A DNA stretch of 64,000 bases, taken from an uncultured Gemmatimonadales bacterium (GTDB lineage: Bacteria; Gemmatimonadota; Gemmatimonadetes; Longimicrobiales; RSA9). A program made the position numbers and the translations under genes. The number at the start of each line of letters is the position of its first letter. Positions within the stretch are counted from its first letter, which is position 1. The notes under the pieces were generated by a model. That model was not told the origin of the DNA and did not search any database. It was given only the letters and a program-made list of their open reading frames with translations. Below, in pieces: positions 49,673-59,446 of the stretch. Location of the stretch: positions 1,184,001 to 1,248,000 of the forward strand of contig CAWFKH010000003.1 of the NCBI GenBank assembly GCA_963816355.1, in the 5' to 3' direction.

Positions 49673-52035
49673 CCGCCGTCGGGGACGGCGCGCCCCGCCG
49701 CCCGCGCGCCGGCCGGCTCCGGCGCGTCCGCCTTCCCTCCGCCGCCGGGCGCAGCGTTTCCGGTCGCGTGCCCGGAGCGCCGGCCGTCGCCGTCGGTGGG
49801 GGCGCTCGGATAGTCAATGCGCTGGTGGTACATCCCGGCCAGCACGGCGACGAAGGCGCCGTGAATCTCCGTCAGGTCGCGCAGCGTGAGAGGCGCCTCG
49901 TCGAGCTGTCTCTGGCGGATCTTGCTGCCGACGATGCGGTCGACCAGCTCGCCGATCCGTTCCGGCGTCGGATCCGGCAACACGCGCGCCGCGGACTCGA
50001 CTGAGTCGGCGAGCATCGCGATCGCCGTCTCCTTCGAGTGCGGGCGCGGACCCGGATAGGCGAACTGGCTCGGGTCGAGCTTCGCCGAGGGGTCCTGCTC
50101 ACGCGCGCGATCGTAGAAGAAGCTGATCGACTGGGTCCCGTGATGCTCGGCGATGAACTCCTTGATGCAGCGCGGCAGCTTGTGCTCGTCGGCGAGGCGC
50201 GAGCCTTCCTGCACGTGATTGCGCACGATCGCGGCCGAGCTCTGCGGCTTCAGCTTGTCGTGCGGATTGCGGCCGGGCGGCTGGTTCTCGATGAAGTACT
50301 GCGGCTTGCCCAGCTTTCCGACGTCGTGATAGTAGACGCCCACACGCGTGAGCAACGCGTTCGCGCCGATCGAGCGTGCCGCCGCTTCGGCGAGGTTCGC
50401 CACGCTCAACGAGTGCGAGAACGTGCCCGGCGCCTCGCGCGAAAGCCGCCGCAGCAGCGGATGGTTCAGATCCGACAGCTCCAGCAGGGTCTGGTCCGTC
50501 GTGATGCGGGTGAACGACTCGAAGAGCGGCAGCACCGCCATCGCGACCACGCCGCTGCCGATCGCGTTCAGCACGCCGTACGCCGCCGACCAGAGGATCT
50601 CCGTTCCGGTGTGCGAGCGCAGCAACCCGAGCGTCAGCGCCGCCGCGGCGTACGCGCCGGCGATGATCGAGACGAAGATCCACGTCTGCGCCCGCCGCCT
50701 CACGACGCGCACGCTCAACGACGCCGCGGCGCCGCCGAGCGCCATCGTGTACAGCACGGACACGCCGCCGAACGGCGCCTGCCCTCCGATCAGCAACGCG
50801 AGCACGAGGACCAGGTTGAGCGCCATGCGCCCGTCCCACAGCGCCGCCACCACGAGCGCCGGGAGCGCGATCGGGATCAGCTCGTCCGGCAACTCGTTGT
50901 GCCCCACGATCGCCGCAACCGCAAGCAGCGCCGCGATCAGCGCGGCGATCGAGAGGACCTGGCGCAGATCCTCGTAGACGGGCGGGCGGAAGAAGTAGAG
51001 GAGCAGGCCGAACACGCCGAGGAGGAGCAGGTCGAACAGGAAGCCGCCGATCGCGCGCAGACCGCCCATGCCGCCGCCGAGTTGCCCGAGCGAGGCGAGG
51101 TAGTCCCGGTAGGCGCGCAGGCGCTCCAGCTCCGCATCCCGCACCTGCTCGTGGGCGCCGATGATCCGCTCCCCGTTCATCACCTCGCCCTTGATCGTCG
51201 GCACCGCGTTGCGAGCGCGCTGCCGCGCCTCCTCCGTCGCCTCCGCATTCAGGCGGAGTGTCGGCGTGAAGAAGCGGATCAGGACCAGCCGCTGCAGCTC
51301 CGAGAGCTCCGTCGGCGCCTGCGACGGCAGGTACGCCGAGGCACGGTTGAACAGGTCCGCCTGTGTCAGGATCGAGTCCCGCGACATCAGCACGTCGCGC
51401 TCCCCCTGACGGATGCGGAGCTGCTGCGCACCGCTCGCGTCCAGGTCCGACGTCGAAGCGATCCCGCGCGGCAGCTCCGTCTCGACGGCGCGGTCGAGGG
51501 AACGCCGCAGCAGGCGGCGGTTCTCCGTTGACCGCAGCGCCCGCACCGCCGCGTCGGTCACGCGGAATCCGCTCGCCTGCAGCACCGCGCGGAGCGCGAT
51601 GTCGACGGAGTCCGGGCTGCGCGCGGCGGTCGCCGCCGAGTCGAGGCCGGCCATGAAGCCGTTGACGCGGTTGAGCACGGCGTCGACGACGTCGCCCTGG
51701 TATTCGAAGTACGGCGGCACTCCCGCCGTCGCCTCCTCCTGCTCCTGGTGGAGCTCGGTCTCGCTCTTGTAGATCGGGAAGGCGACCTTGGCGATGATGT
51801 CCTTGTCGGACACCATCCCCTTCTCGAGCACGGGGAAGTCCGGGACCGGCACGACCGGGAAGAGGAGGTGCACCGCGAAGGCGAGCACGATCAGCAGGAG
51901 CACGCGTGCGCCGTGGTGGACCACGGCGTCCGGCCAAGGCCGTTCCGGCGGGCCGCTCAGCAGCTGCCGGAATCGACGGAGTCCCGCCCCTTTCTCCAAC
52001 GCGTCAGCGCTCCCCGGCGTCCGTCGCCGCGGCAT
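49669..52035 (-). CDS. 7TM-HD phosphohydrolase (PgpH-like)
   Basis: Extracytoplasmic domain plus multiple TM segments; APGTFSHS, YHDVGK, HHGT, YPGPRP, ADSVE. Confidence 0.9.
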   Translation of the reverse strand: MPRRRTPGSADALEKGAGLRRFRQLLSGPPERPWPDAVVHHGARVLLLIVLAFAVHLLFPVVPVPDFPVLEKGMVSDKDIIAKVAFPIYKSETELHQEQEEATAGVPPYFEYQGDVVDAVLNRVNGFMAGLDSAATAARSPDSVDIALRAVLQASGFRVTDAAVRALRSTENRRLLRRSLDRAVETELPRGIASTSDLDASGAQQLRIRQGERDVLMSRDSILTQADLFNRASAYLPSQAPTELSELQRLVLIRFFTPTLRLNAEATEEARQRARNAVPTIKGEVMNGERIIGAHEQVRDAELERLRAYRDYLASLGQLGGGMGGLRAIGGFLFDLLLLGVFGLLLYFFRPPVYEDLRQVLSIAALIAALLAVAAIVGHNELPDELIPIALPALVVAALWDGRMALNLVLVLALLIGGQAPFGGVSVLYTMALGGAAASLSVRVVRRRAQTWIFVSIIAGAYAAAALTLGLLRSHTGTEILWSAAYGVLNAIGSGVVAMAVLPLFESFTRITTDQTLLELSDLNHPLLRRLSREAPGTFSHSLSVANLAEAAARSIGANALLTRVGVYYHDVGKLGKPQYFIENQPPGRNPHDKLKPQSSAAIVRNHVQEGSRLADEHKLPRCIKEFIAEHHGTQSISFFYDRAREQDPSAKLDPSQFAYPGPRPHSKETAIAMLADSVESAARVLPDPTPERIGELVDRIVGSKIRQRQLDEAPLTLRDLTEIHGAFVAVLAGMYHQRIDYPSAPTDGDGRRSGHATGNAAPGGGGKADAPEPAGARAAGRAVPDGG

Positions 52036-53020
52036 CCGCCTCCGCGTCGGCGTACGCTTTCAGGATGTCCTTCACCAGCCGATGCCGCACGACGTCGATC
52101 GCGTCCAGGTAGGTCACCTGGATTCCCTCGATTCCGGTGAGGATCCGCTCGACCTCGAGCAGGCCGGAGTCTTCCCGCCGCGGCAGGTCGATCTGCGTCT
52201 TGTCGCCCGTGATCACGACGCGCGAGTTCAGGCCGAGCCGCGTCAGGAACATCTTCATCTGCGCCGTCGTGGCGTTCTGCGCCTCGTCCAGGATCACGAA
52301 CGCGTCGGCGAGCGTGCGCCCGCGCATGTAGGCGAGCGGCGCGATCTCGATCATGCGCGACTCGAGCGCGCGGCGCATCCGGTCGAGCGGCATCATGTCT
52401 TCGAGGGCGTCGTAAAGAGGCCGCAGGTAGGGATCCACCTTCTCCTGGAGATCGCCCGGCAGGAAGCCGAGGTTCTCCCCCGCCTCGACGGCCGGGCGCG
52501 CCAGGATGATCCGCTTCACCCGGTTCTTGTGCAGCGCGTCCACCGCCATCGCCACCGCCAGGTACGTCTTTCCCGTACCCGCCGGCCCGATCGCGATCAC
52601 CACGTCGTGCTGCGCGATCGCCTCCACGTACTCCCGCTGCCCCGCCGACTTCGGCGCGATCACCTTGCGCGAGCCCGGGATGACAATGCGGCGCTCGTCC
52701 GCCCGCGCGCCCGCCTCGGCCGCCGCGTCGCCGTACGCCGCCGTGACGCCGCCCTCCGCGAGCGACGCTTCGAGCGAGCGTCGGATCTCCTCCGGGCGCA
52801 CCGCGCTGCCCATGCGCGCCAGCTCGATCATGCGGTGGGCCACCGGGATCGTCCGCTCCACGTCGGCCAGCTCGCCGGAAAGGATCAGGTCGTCGCCCCG
52901 CAGGATCACGCGGCACCCGGACAGGCGCGCCAGATCCTGCAGGTTCGAATCGTTCACGCCCGCGAGCAGCAGGTAGTCCGCGCCTTCCGCGGGCAGGCGA
53001 TGCTGGACCGTCGTCTCCAC
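52004..53020 (-). CDS. phoH: PhoH family ATPase
   Basis: GPAGTGKTYLA, RPAVEAGENLGFLPGD, MRGRTL, DEAQN. Confidence 0.95.
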   Translation of the reverse strand: METTVQHRLPAEGADYLLLAGVNDSNLQDLARLSGCRVILRGDDLILSGELADVERTIPVAHRMIELARMGSAVRPEEIRRSLEASLAEGGVTAAYGDAAAEAGARADERRIVIPGSRKVIAPKSAGQREYVEAIAQHDVVIAIGPAGTGKTYLAVAMAVDALHKNRVKRIILARPAVEAGENLGFLPGDLQEKVDPYLRPLYDALEDMMPLDRMRRALESRMIEIAPLAYMRGRTLADAFVILDEAQNATTAQMKMFLTRLGLNSRVVITGDKTQIDLPRREDSGLLEVERILTGIEGIQVTYLDAIDVVRHRLVKDILKAYADAEADAAATDAGER

Positions 53021-53027
53021 TCGATGC

Positions 53028-54917
53028 TCAGCTCCTGTTGTCGTTCACGACCGCGATGTGCAGCTCCCGCAGCTCCTCCGCGGACACCGGCGCCGGCGCC
53101 CCCTCGAAGAGGGCGCGCGCGGCCGTCGTCTTGGGAAAGGCGATCACGTCACGCAGGCTGCCCGCCCCCGCGAGCAGCATCACCAGCCGGTCGAACCCGA
53201 ACGCGAAGCCGCCGTGCGGCGGCGCGCCGTAGCGGAACGCCTCCAGCAGAAAGCCGAACTTCGCCTCCGCCTCCGCGGCCCCCAGCCCCAGCGCACGGAA
53301 GATCTGCCGCTGCAGCTCCGGCCGGTGGATGCGGATCGAGCCGCTCGCCATCTCGTTGCCGTTGTAGACCGCATCGTAGGCGCGCGAACGCAGTCCCGCG
53401 GCGAAGAGCGCCGCGCGGTCCACTTCCCGCTGATCGTCCGCGGTGAAGCGCAACAGCGCGTCGACGTCGTCCGCGTGCGGGGCGGTGAACGGGTGGTGCG
53501 CCGCGACGATCCGCTCCGCCTCGGCGTCCCAGTCGAAGAGCGGGAACTCCGTGATCCACGCCCACGCGTGCCGCCCCGCATCGCGCAGGCCCAGGCGCTG
53601 TGCCAGGTGGCGCCGCAGCGCGTCCAGCACCGCTTCCGCTCCACCCAGCCGGTGCGCGTCCGCCGCGCCCCCGTGGCTCTCCGGCACGCGCGTCAGCGTG
53701 CGGAAGCGACCGATCACCACGACGAACAGGTCCCCCTCCTGCAGCCCGCTCGCCTCGATGAAGCGTGCCTCGAGCTCGCCCACCAGCGCCCGGGCGAACG
53801 GCCCCACAAGACCGTCGGCCGTGCGTCGCAGCCACAGCGCGCCCGCGCCTCCCGCGCTCCGCGCGATCTCGTTCAGCTCGTCGAGCTCGCGGCGGCTGAG
53901 CGTCGCCCCGCCGGCTGCACGGATACCCCTGATGCGCTCCCCCGTGCCGGCGGTCGCCGCAAAGAGGCGGAAGTCGCTCCCCTGCAGCAACTCCGTCAGG
54001 TCCAGGAACTCCATGCCGACGCGCAGGTCCGGCTTGTCCGTGCCGTAGCGGTCCAGCGCCTCCGCGTACGTGAGGCGTTGGAACGGCGTCGCCAGCTCGA
54101 CGTCCAGAAGTTCCCGCCACAGCGCGGCGATCATGCGCTCGCCGACCGCGAAGATCTCCTCCTCGCCGGCGAAGGAGAGTTCCGCGTCGATCTGCGTGAA
54201 CTCCGGCTGCCGGTCCGCCCGCAGGTCCTCGTCCCTGAGGCAGCGCGCGATCTGGAAGTAGCGTTCGTAGCCGGCGACCATCAGGAGCTGCTTGTAGAGC
54301 TGCGGCGACTGCGGCAGCGCATAGAACTCGCCGGCGTGCAGGCGGCTCGGCACCAGGTAGTCGCGCGCCCCCTCCGGCGTGCGCCGCGTCAGCATCGGCG
54401 TCTCGATCTCGAGGAATCCCTCCTCGGAGAGCGTGCGCCGTACCACCTGCTGCGCCCGGTGCCGGAGCGTGAGCGCGCGCTGCAGCTCCGGCCGCCGCAG
54501 GTCGAGGTAGCGGTAGCGCAGCCGCAGCTCTTCGGACGGAAGCTCCTCCTCCGGGTTGCGGGCGACGCCGATCGGCGGCGTCTCCGCGCGCGAGAGTACC
54601 TCCAGCTCCCGCACGTGCACCTCCACCTCGCCGGTCTCCATCGCCCGGTTCTCCTGCCCCGGCGGACGGCGCACCACCTCTCCCTCCAGCGACACGACCG
54701 TCTCGCTGCCGAGCGCGCCGGCCGACTCCAGCACCTCCGCCGGCGTCCAATCGGGGCCGAGGGAGAGCTGCACGCTTCCGCTGCGGTCCCGCAGCTCGAT
54801 GAAGAGGAGGCCGCCCAGGTCGCGGCGGCGGTGGACCCATCCCGCCAGGCGCACGTTTCGTCCGGCGTCGGAGCCGCGCAGCGTACCCGCGCCCGCGCTA
54901 CGATATCTGCTGTCCAC
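53028..54917 (-). CDS. aspS: Aspartate--tRNA ligase
   Basis: GWVHRRRDLGG, TPEGARDYLVPSR, ALPQSPQ, DRQPEFTQ, PPHGG, VIAFPKT. Confidence 0.97.
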   Translation of the reverse strand: MDSRYRSAGAGTLRGSDAGRNVRLAGWVHRRRDLGGLLFIELRDRSGSVQLSLGPDWTPAEVLESAGALGSETVVSLEGEVVRRPPGQENRAMETGEVEVHVRELEVLSRAETPPIGVARNPEEELPSEELRLRYRYLDLRRPELQRALTLRHRAQQVVRRTLSEEGFLEIETPMLTRRTPEGARDYLVPSRLHAGEFYALPQSPQLYKQLLMVAGYERYFQIARCLRDEDLRADRQPEFTQIDAELSFAGEEEIFAVGERMIAALWRELLDVELATPFQRLTYAEALDRYGTDKPDLRVGMEFLDLTELLQGSDFRLFAATAGTGERIRGIRAAGGATLSRRELDELNEIARSAGGAGALWLRRTADGLVGPFARALVGELEARFIEASGLQEGDLFVVVIGRFRTLTRVPESHGGAADAHRLGGAEAVLDALRRHLAQRLGLRDAGRHAWAWITEFPLFDWDAEAERIVAAHHPFTAPHADDVDALLRFTADDQREVDRAALFAAGLRSRAYDAVYNGNEMASGSIRIHRPELQRQIFRALGLGAAEAEAKFGFLLEAFRYGAPPHGGFAFGFDRLVMLLAGAGSLRDVIAFPKTTAARALFEGAPAPVSAEELRELHIAVVNDNRS

Positions 54918-54995
54918 GGGGATCCCCGTTGCGAGTCTCGGTCGAAAGCGGGCGAGACGCGCGGACGACGACGCCGTCCGCGCGGTCGGCGAGCG

Positions 54996-55454
54996 TCACG
55001 CGGCCTCGGCCTCTCGCAGCACGCGGAGGAAGTCGTCCGCGTCGCGGGCGGCGGCGAGCCGATCGCGCACCGCCTCCTTGCGCACGAGGCGCGAGATCCG
55101 GCTCAGCGCCTTGATGTGGGGACCGGCCGCCGATTCCGGGCCGACGAGGAGGAAGAGCAACTCCACCGGCCGGCCGTCGAGGGCGTCGAAGTCGACCGGT
55201 GTCGCCGTGCACCCCGCGGCGAGGCGAAGCTCCGGGACCGCCGCCGACTTCCCGTGCGGGATCGCGACGCCATGCCCGATGCCGGTCGACAGCACCGCCT
55301 CGCGCTCGCGCACGGCGCGCAGAATGTCCGCGCCGTCCGCCTCGCGTTCTGAAGGCGCGACCAGCGCGACCAGCTCGCGCAGGATCTCGTCCTTCGACTT
55401 CGCCTCGAGCGGAATCTTGATCCGCTCCGGGGTCAACAGCTCGGTCAGGAGCAA
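54996..55454 (-). CDS. PTS IIA domain protein (PtsN/fructose-type)
   Basis: STGIGHGVAIPHG phospho-His motif; DFDALDG. Confidence 0.9.
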   Translation of the reverse strand: MLLTELLTPERIKIPLEAKSKDEILRELVALVAPSEREADGADILRAVREREAVLSTGIGHGVAIPHGKSAAVPELRLAAGCTATPVDFDALDGRPVELLFLLVGPESAAGPHIKALSRISRLVRKEAVRDRLAAARDADDFLRVLREAEAA

Positions 55455-55551
55455 ACGGGCGCCTCGGCAGACGGTGCGGCGAGGTTACGGAAATGCCGAA
55501 TTCGGCCTAAATTAACCGACTCCGACTAGGGCATCAAGCGGCCGAGGAACT

Positions 55552-56436
55552 ATGCAGAAGAGAATCGTCGCGCTGCTGGGCGCGCTCGCCCTCACGACGC
55601 TCGCGGCGCCGGGCGCCGCGCGCGCCCAACGGCTGCTCGACTGGCCGATCCGCGTCACCGCCGGGGCCGAGGCGCTCGGCCGCGGCGCCGCCGCCGCGTT
55701 CTGGAATCCGGCGGCCGCCAGCCTGCCCGGCAGCCGCGCCCAGGCGTTCGTGATGGACATGCAGGGGTTCCGCGACAGCGGCCTGAGCGGCGTGGCGGTC
55801 GCCGGCGCGATCGACCTGAACGGCGACCTCGCGCTCGCCGCGGGGTACGCGCACCTCGGCCTCGGCCCCATTCCGCTCACGTCGACGTCGCCCGCCGACG
55901 ACCTCGGCGAAGCCGACGTCGCCGAGGACCTCTTCGCGATCGCCGCCGCGCGGGACCTCGGCTCCGGCCTCAGGGTAGGTGTGGCCGCGCAGTACTCGCG
56001 CGGCAATGGCACGCTCGAGCACCGGAGCGACGAGGCGCTCGGCGCCGGCCTCCATTTCGCGCCGGCAATGCGCCTCGAGCCCGTGATCGGCGCCAGCATC
56101 CTCAGCCGCGGCGGCGCCTCCGAGTGGCTCCTCGGCGCCGGGCTCGACCGCCTCGCCGAGCCGGTCGACGGCCTGAAGATCGGCGCCTCGTGGGGCGGCT
56201 CCGGTGGCCACGGCCGCAGCGGTTTCGCCCAGCGCGCCGCCGTCACGGCGCGCTGGCGCGACGTCCTCGGCGGCGCGATCGGCGCCGCCGCCGAGCCCGG
56301 CTCCGACGGCACCCGTGTCGAGCCGATCCTCGGCGCCGATCTGCAACTGGGACGCTACCGGCTCGCGGTCCTCCGCGAGTCGATCGTGAACGGATTCGGC
56401 GCCGCGTACTACTACCAGCTGCACGTGCTCTTCTGA
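55552..56436 (+). CDS. Putative outer-membrane beta-barrel protein (PorV/FadL-like N-terminus)
   Basis: Signal peptide ARA-Q; GAEALGRG...AAFWNPAA motif; C-terminal YQLHVLF beta-signal. Confidence 0.65.
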   Translation: MQKRIVALLGALALTTLAAPGAARAQRLLDWPIRVTAGAEALGRGAAAAFWNPAAASLPGSRAQAFVMDMQGFRDSGLSGVAVAGAIDLNGDLALAAGYAHLGLGPIPLTSTSPADDLGEADVAEDLFAIAAARDLGSGLRVGVAAQYSRGNGTLEHRSDEALGAGLHFAPAMRLEPVIGASILSRGGASEWLLGAGLDRLAEPVDGLKIGASWGGSGGHGRSGFAQRAAVTARWRDVLGGAIGAAAEPGSDGTRVEPILGADLQLGRYRLAVLRESIVNGFGAAYYYQLHVLF

Positions 56437-56498
56437 CAGCGGCGCCACGCTCCGCCGGCCTCGCGGTCGGGGCCGTCGGCGCCCCGGAACGGAGTCGG

Positions 56499-57602
56499 AT
56501 GGAAGCGAAGCCGGACCTCCTGAGCCTGCCGCGCGACGACGCGGCCGACCGCCTGCACGCGCACTTCACGGCGCGCGGACTGCGGCCGTTCCGCGTCCGC
56601 CAGACACTCGCCTGGATCTACGAGCGCGACGCCCTCGCCTTCGACGAAATGACCGACCTTCCCGTCGTGGAGCGCGACGCCCTCGCCGCGCGCTTCGACC
56701 TCGCGTCTCCCGCCGTGGCCCGCCTCTCCACCTCCGAAGACGGCACCGCGAAGCACCTGTGGCGGATGGCCGACGACGAGCTCGTCGAGTCCGTCCTCAT
56801 CCCCGTCGGAGATCGGCTCACGCTCTGCCTCTCCTCGCAGGCTGGCTGCGCGATGGCGTGCGTCTTCTGCGCCACCGGCTGGTCCGGCTACCGGCGGCAG
56901 CTCACGACCGGCGAGATCCTCGCGCAGTTCCGCGGCGCGCGCCGCTGGGCCGCCGAGAACGCGCGCGGCGCCATCGACAACATCGTCTTCATGGGAATGG
57001 GGGAGCCGCTGCAGAACCCGGCGGCCGTGTTCCCCGCCCTCACCCTGCTCAACCACGCCTACGGCTTCGGCGCGCGCCGCGTGACGGTCTCCACGGTGGG
57101 GATCGTCCCGGGGATCCTCGAGCTCGCCCGCCGCCCCGAGCAATTCCGCCTCGCCGTCTCGCTGCACGCGCCGAACCACGAGCTGCGCGAGCGCATCGTG
57201 CCCGTCGAGCGGAAGTACCCGATCCCGGAGCTGATGCGGGCGCTGCGGACGTTCGAGGACGCAGGCGGCCGGCGCATCACCTTCGAATATGTGATGATCG
57301 ACGGCGTGAACGACGCGCTGCCGCTCGCGGCGGAGCTGGCCGGCCTGGTGGGCGGCCTCTCGGCCCACGTCAACCTCATCCCCTACAACCCGATTCCGGG
57401 GCCCGCATGGCGCCCCTCGCCGCCGCGAAGGCTGCGCGAGTTCCGCGCGGCGCTCGAGGCGCGCGGCGTCAACGCCACCATCCGCCAGCCGCGCGGCCGC
57501 GACATCGCCGCCGCGTGTGGCCAGCTCCGAGCCGAGCACGAGATGCGCGCTCCGAAACCGTTCGTCCGCCTCGCCGCGGCCGGCGATCAGCGCCTCGGAT
57601 AG
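56499..57602 (+). CDS. rlmN: 23S rRNA m2A2503 / tRNA radical SAM methyltransferase
   Basis: CAMACVFC, MGMGEP, SLHAP, DIAAACGQL. Confidence 0.96.
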   Translation: MEAKPDLLSLPRDDAADRLHAHFTARGLRPFRVRQTLAWIYERDALAFDEMTDLPVVERDALAARFDLASPAVARLSTSEDGTAKHLWRMADDELVESVLIPVGDRLTLCLSSQAGCAMACVFCATGWSGYRRQLTTGEILAQFRGARRWAAENARGAIDNIVFMGMGEPLQNPAAVFPALTLLNHAYGFGARRVTVSTVGIVPGILELARRPEQFRLAVSLHAPNHELRERIVPVERKYPIPELMRALRTFEDAGGRRITFEYVMIDGVNDALPLAAELAGLVGGLSAHVNLIPYNPIPGPAWRPSPPRRLREFRAALEARGVNATIRQPRGRDIAAACGQLRAEHEMRAPKPFVRLAAAGDQRLG

Positions 57603-58027
57603 TCCTTTCCCAGCACCACCGACACCGCCACCAGCAGCGTCGTATCTTCCCGCTGCGTCACCGTGGCGATGCCGAGGGCGTCCGCGACGTGCCGCGCCGC
57701 CAGCGTGTCCGCGCCGCGCGCGTAGACGACCGACGCGTCCACGCCGCGCGCGCCCGCGTTGCCGTAGTAGACGACGTCGAAGCCGCGCGCGCGCAGCAGC
57801 TCCGTCACGTCCCGCGCGAGGCCGCCGCGGCCGGTGCCGTTCAGCACCTCGACGGCGGCCCGCTCCTCGGCCCGCACCGCGCTCGGATCGAAGCTCATCG
57901 GCGGCGGCGTAGCCGCGGGCGGCGGCGGCGCCCCGCCGCCACGCGGCCAGAGCGCCGCCGCCGCGCCGGCGGCGAGCACGGCCACCGCCGCCGCGGCCGC
58001 GAACCGCCGACGTCGGCGCCGCTTCAC
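57587..58027 (-). CDS. LytR C-terminal domain membrane protein
   Basis: TM anchor; VEVLNGTGRGGLA...VSVVLGKDY. Confidence 0.85.
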   Translation of the reverse strand: MKRRRRRRFAAAAAVAVLAAGAAAALWPRGGGAPPPPAATPPPMSFDPSAVRAEERAAVEVLNGTGRGGLARDVTELLRARGFDVVYYGNAGARGVDASVVYARGADTLAARHVADALGIATVTQREDTTLLVAVSVVLGKDYPRR

Positions 58028-58608
58028 GGCGCACGCTCCGCGACCAGCCGGTTCCAGAACGCCACCGTCTCCGATCTCACGAGCGCGCCCCGATCGAGGC
58101 GATGCCGGATGCGCAGCGAGACGACGTCGGCCGCGACCGCGTCCAGATCGGCCGGCATGCGCGCACGCAGACGCGCGAGCGGGAGCGGCGCGAAGGTGCG
58201 GCCCGGCTCCACGAAGTCCGCCACGTAGAGCGCGCGCCCCAGCGGGTCCAGGTCGGGACTGCCGATCGTGTGGTAGGCGACCGCCGCGAGGATCGCGGCA
58301 TCGGCGACGCCGTCGCGCCGCAGCAGCTCCGCGGCGGCGGGACCGTGGAGGAGCGGCGCCGCCGCGTCGCGGAGCGACGCCGGCACCAGCGGGCGCAGCG
58401 ATTCCGGCTCCGCGTCGCGGAGGGCGTCGTGCAGCCACGCGGCGGCGCGCCAGCGGGCCCGCTCCGGAGCGCTCCCGCCGCGCGTCGCGCACCACCCGTC
58501 CATCAGCGCCGCCACACGCGCGATGTGCGCGCGACGGCGCTCCGAGGCGCGCGCCCACGCGGGCAGCCCGCCCGCGGCCGCGCGCTCAATCGTAGCCGCG
58601 CCGGACAT
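58024..58608 (-). CDS. HD-domain protein, YqeK-like (Ap4A hydrolase family)
   Basis: RRAHIARV, AWLHD, LLHG, YHTIG, LYVADFVEPGR. Confidence 0.85.
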   Translation of the reverse strand: MSGAATIERAAAGGLPAWARASERRRAHIARVAALMDGWCATRGGSAPERARWRAAAWLHDALRDAEPESLRPLVPASLRDAAAPLLHGPAAAELLRRDGVADAAILAAVAYHTIGSPDLDPLGRALYVADFVEPGRTFAPLPLARLRARMPADLDAVAADVVSLRIRHRLDRGALVRSETVAFWNRLVAERAP

Positions 58609-59440
58609 ACGGCTCGAGGACCGCATGGTTGCGGATCGTCGTGTTGACGAGATAATTCCACCCCTTCAGCTCGACTCCGCTGCCGATCTGTGAATCGACG
58701 ATCCGGCACGCCGGCCCGATCACCGTCTCGGACCCGATCGTCGTCCCTCCCTCCAGGATGCATCCGGGGTAGATCACCGAATCCGGGCCCACGCGGACGT
58801 CCACGTCGACCACCACGCTGTCCGGATCGAGGAACGTGGCGCCTCCGCGCATGAGCGCCGCGGTGAGACGCCGCTGGATCATCCCGGCGGCGCGCGCGAG
58901 GCCCGCGCGGTTCCGTACCAGGAAGACGTCGTCGCCCGCCGCCGCGAAACCCTCGCCGCCGTCTCTTTCGGCCGTGGCGACGAGGCTCTCCAGGTCCGGC
59001 GCCCGGCCGGCGATCTCGAGAAACGCGTCACGGCCGAGCCACGCGGCGACGGGCGAGCCGTCCGGCGCCCGCAGCGCCCGGCCCACCGGATCCTCCAGCA
59101 GCCGGTTCAGCGATCCGTCCAGCGCGGCCGCCGCCGCATCGACCACGAGCACCGCCTCCGTCGACGGGTGCAGGCGCTCCACGACCCGATTCCCCCACGG
59201 CACGCCGCGCGCAGGGACGATCATGTCCGCGCGCAGGTCGTCGAGCCCTCCCGCGAGCGACGCATCGCCGGTGACGAGCAGGAGTTGGCGGGGGCGGCGT
59301 CCGGGCGCGCCGAGGCTGTGAAGGACGTGCCACACGAGACTGCGGCCCGCCAGCGGATGGAGGTAGGTCGACAGGCGGGATTTCAGCGCGTCGTCATCCG
59401 GACGCCGGAGCGCGAGGGCGATCCCGGTCCAGCGCGGCAT
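58586..59440 (-). CDS. Degenerate, truncated GlmU-like protein
   Basis: KSRLSTYLHPLAGRSLVWHVL and GATFLDPDSVVVD...hexapeptide repeats; 284 aa. Confidence 0.7.
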   Translation of the reverse strand: MPRWTGIALALRRPDDDALKSRLSTYLHPLAGRSLVWHVLHSLGAPGRRPRQLLLVTGDASLAGGLDDLRADMIVPARGVPWGNRVVERLHPSTEAVLVVDAAAAALDGSLNRLLEDPVGRALRAPDGSPVAAWLGRDAFLEIAGRAPDLESLVATAERDGGEGFAAAGDDVFLVRNRAGLARAAGMIQRRLTAALMRGGATFLDPDSVVVDVDVRVGPDSVIYPGCILEGGTTIGSETVIGPACRIVDSQIGSGVELKGWNYLVNTTIRNHAVLEPYVRRGYD

Positions 59441-59446
59441 CGACGT

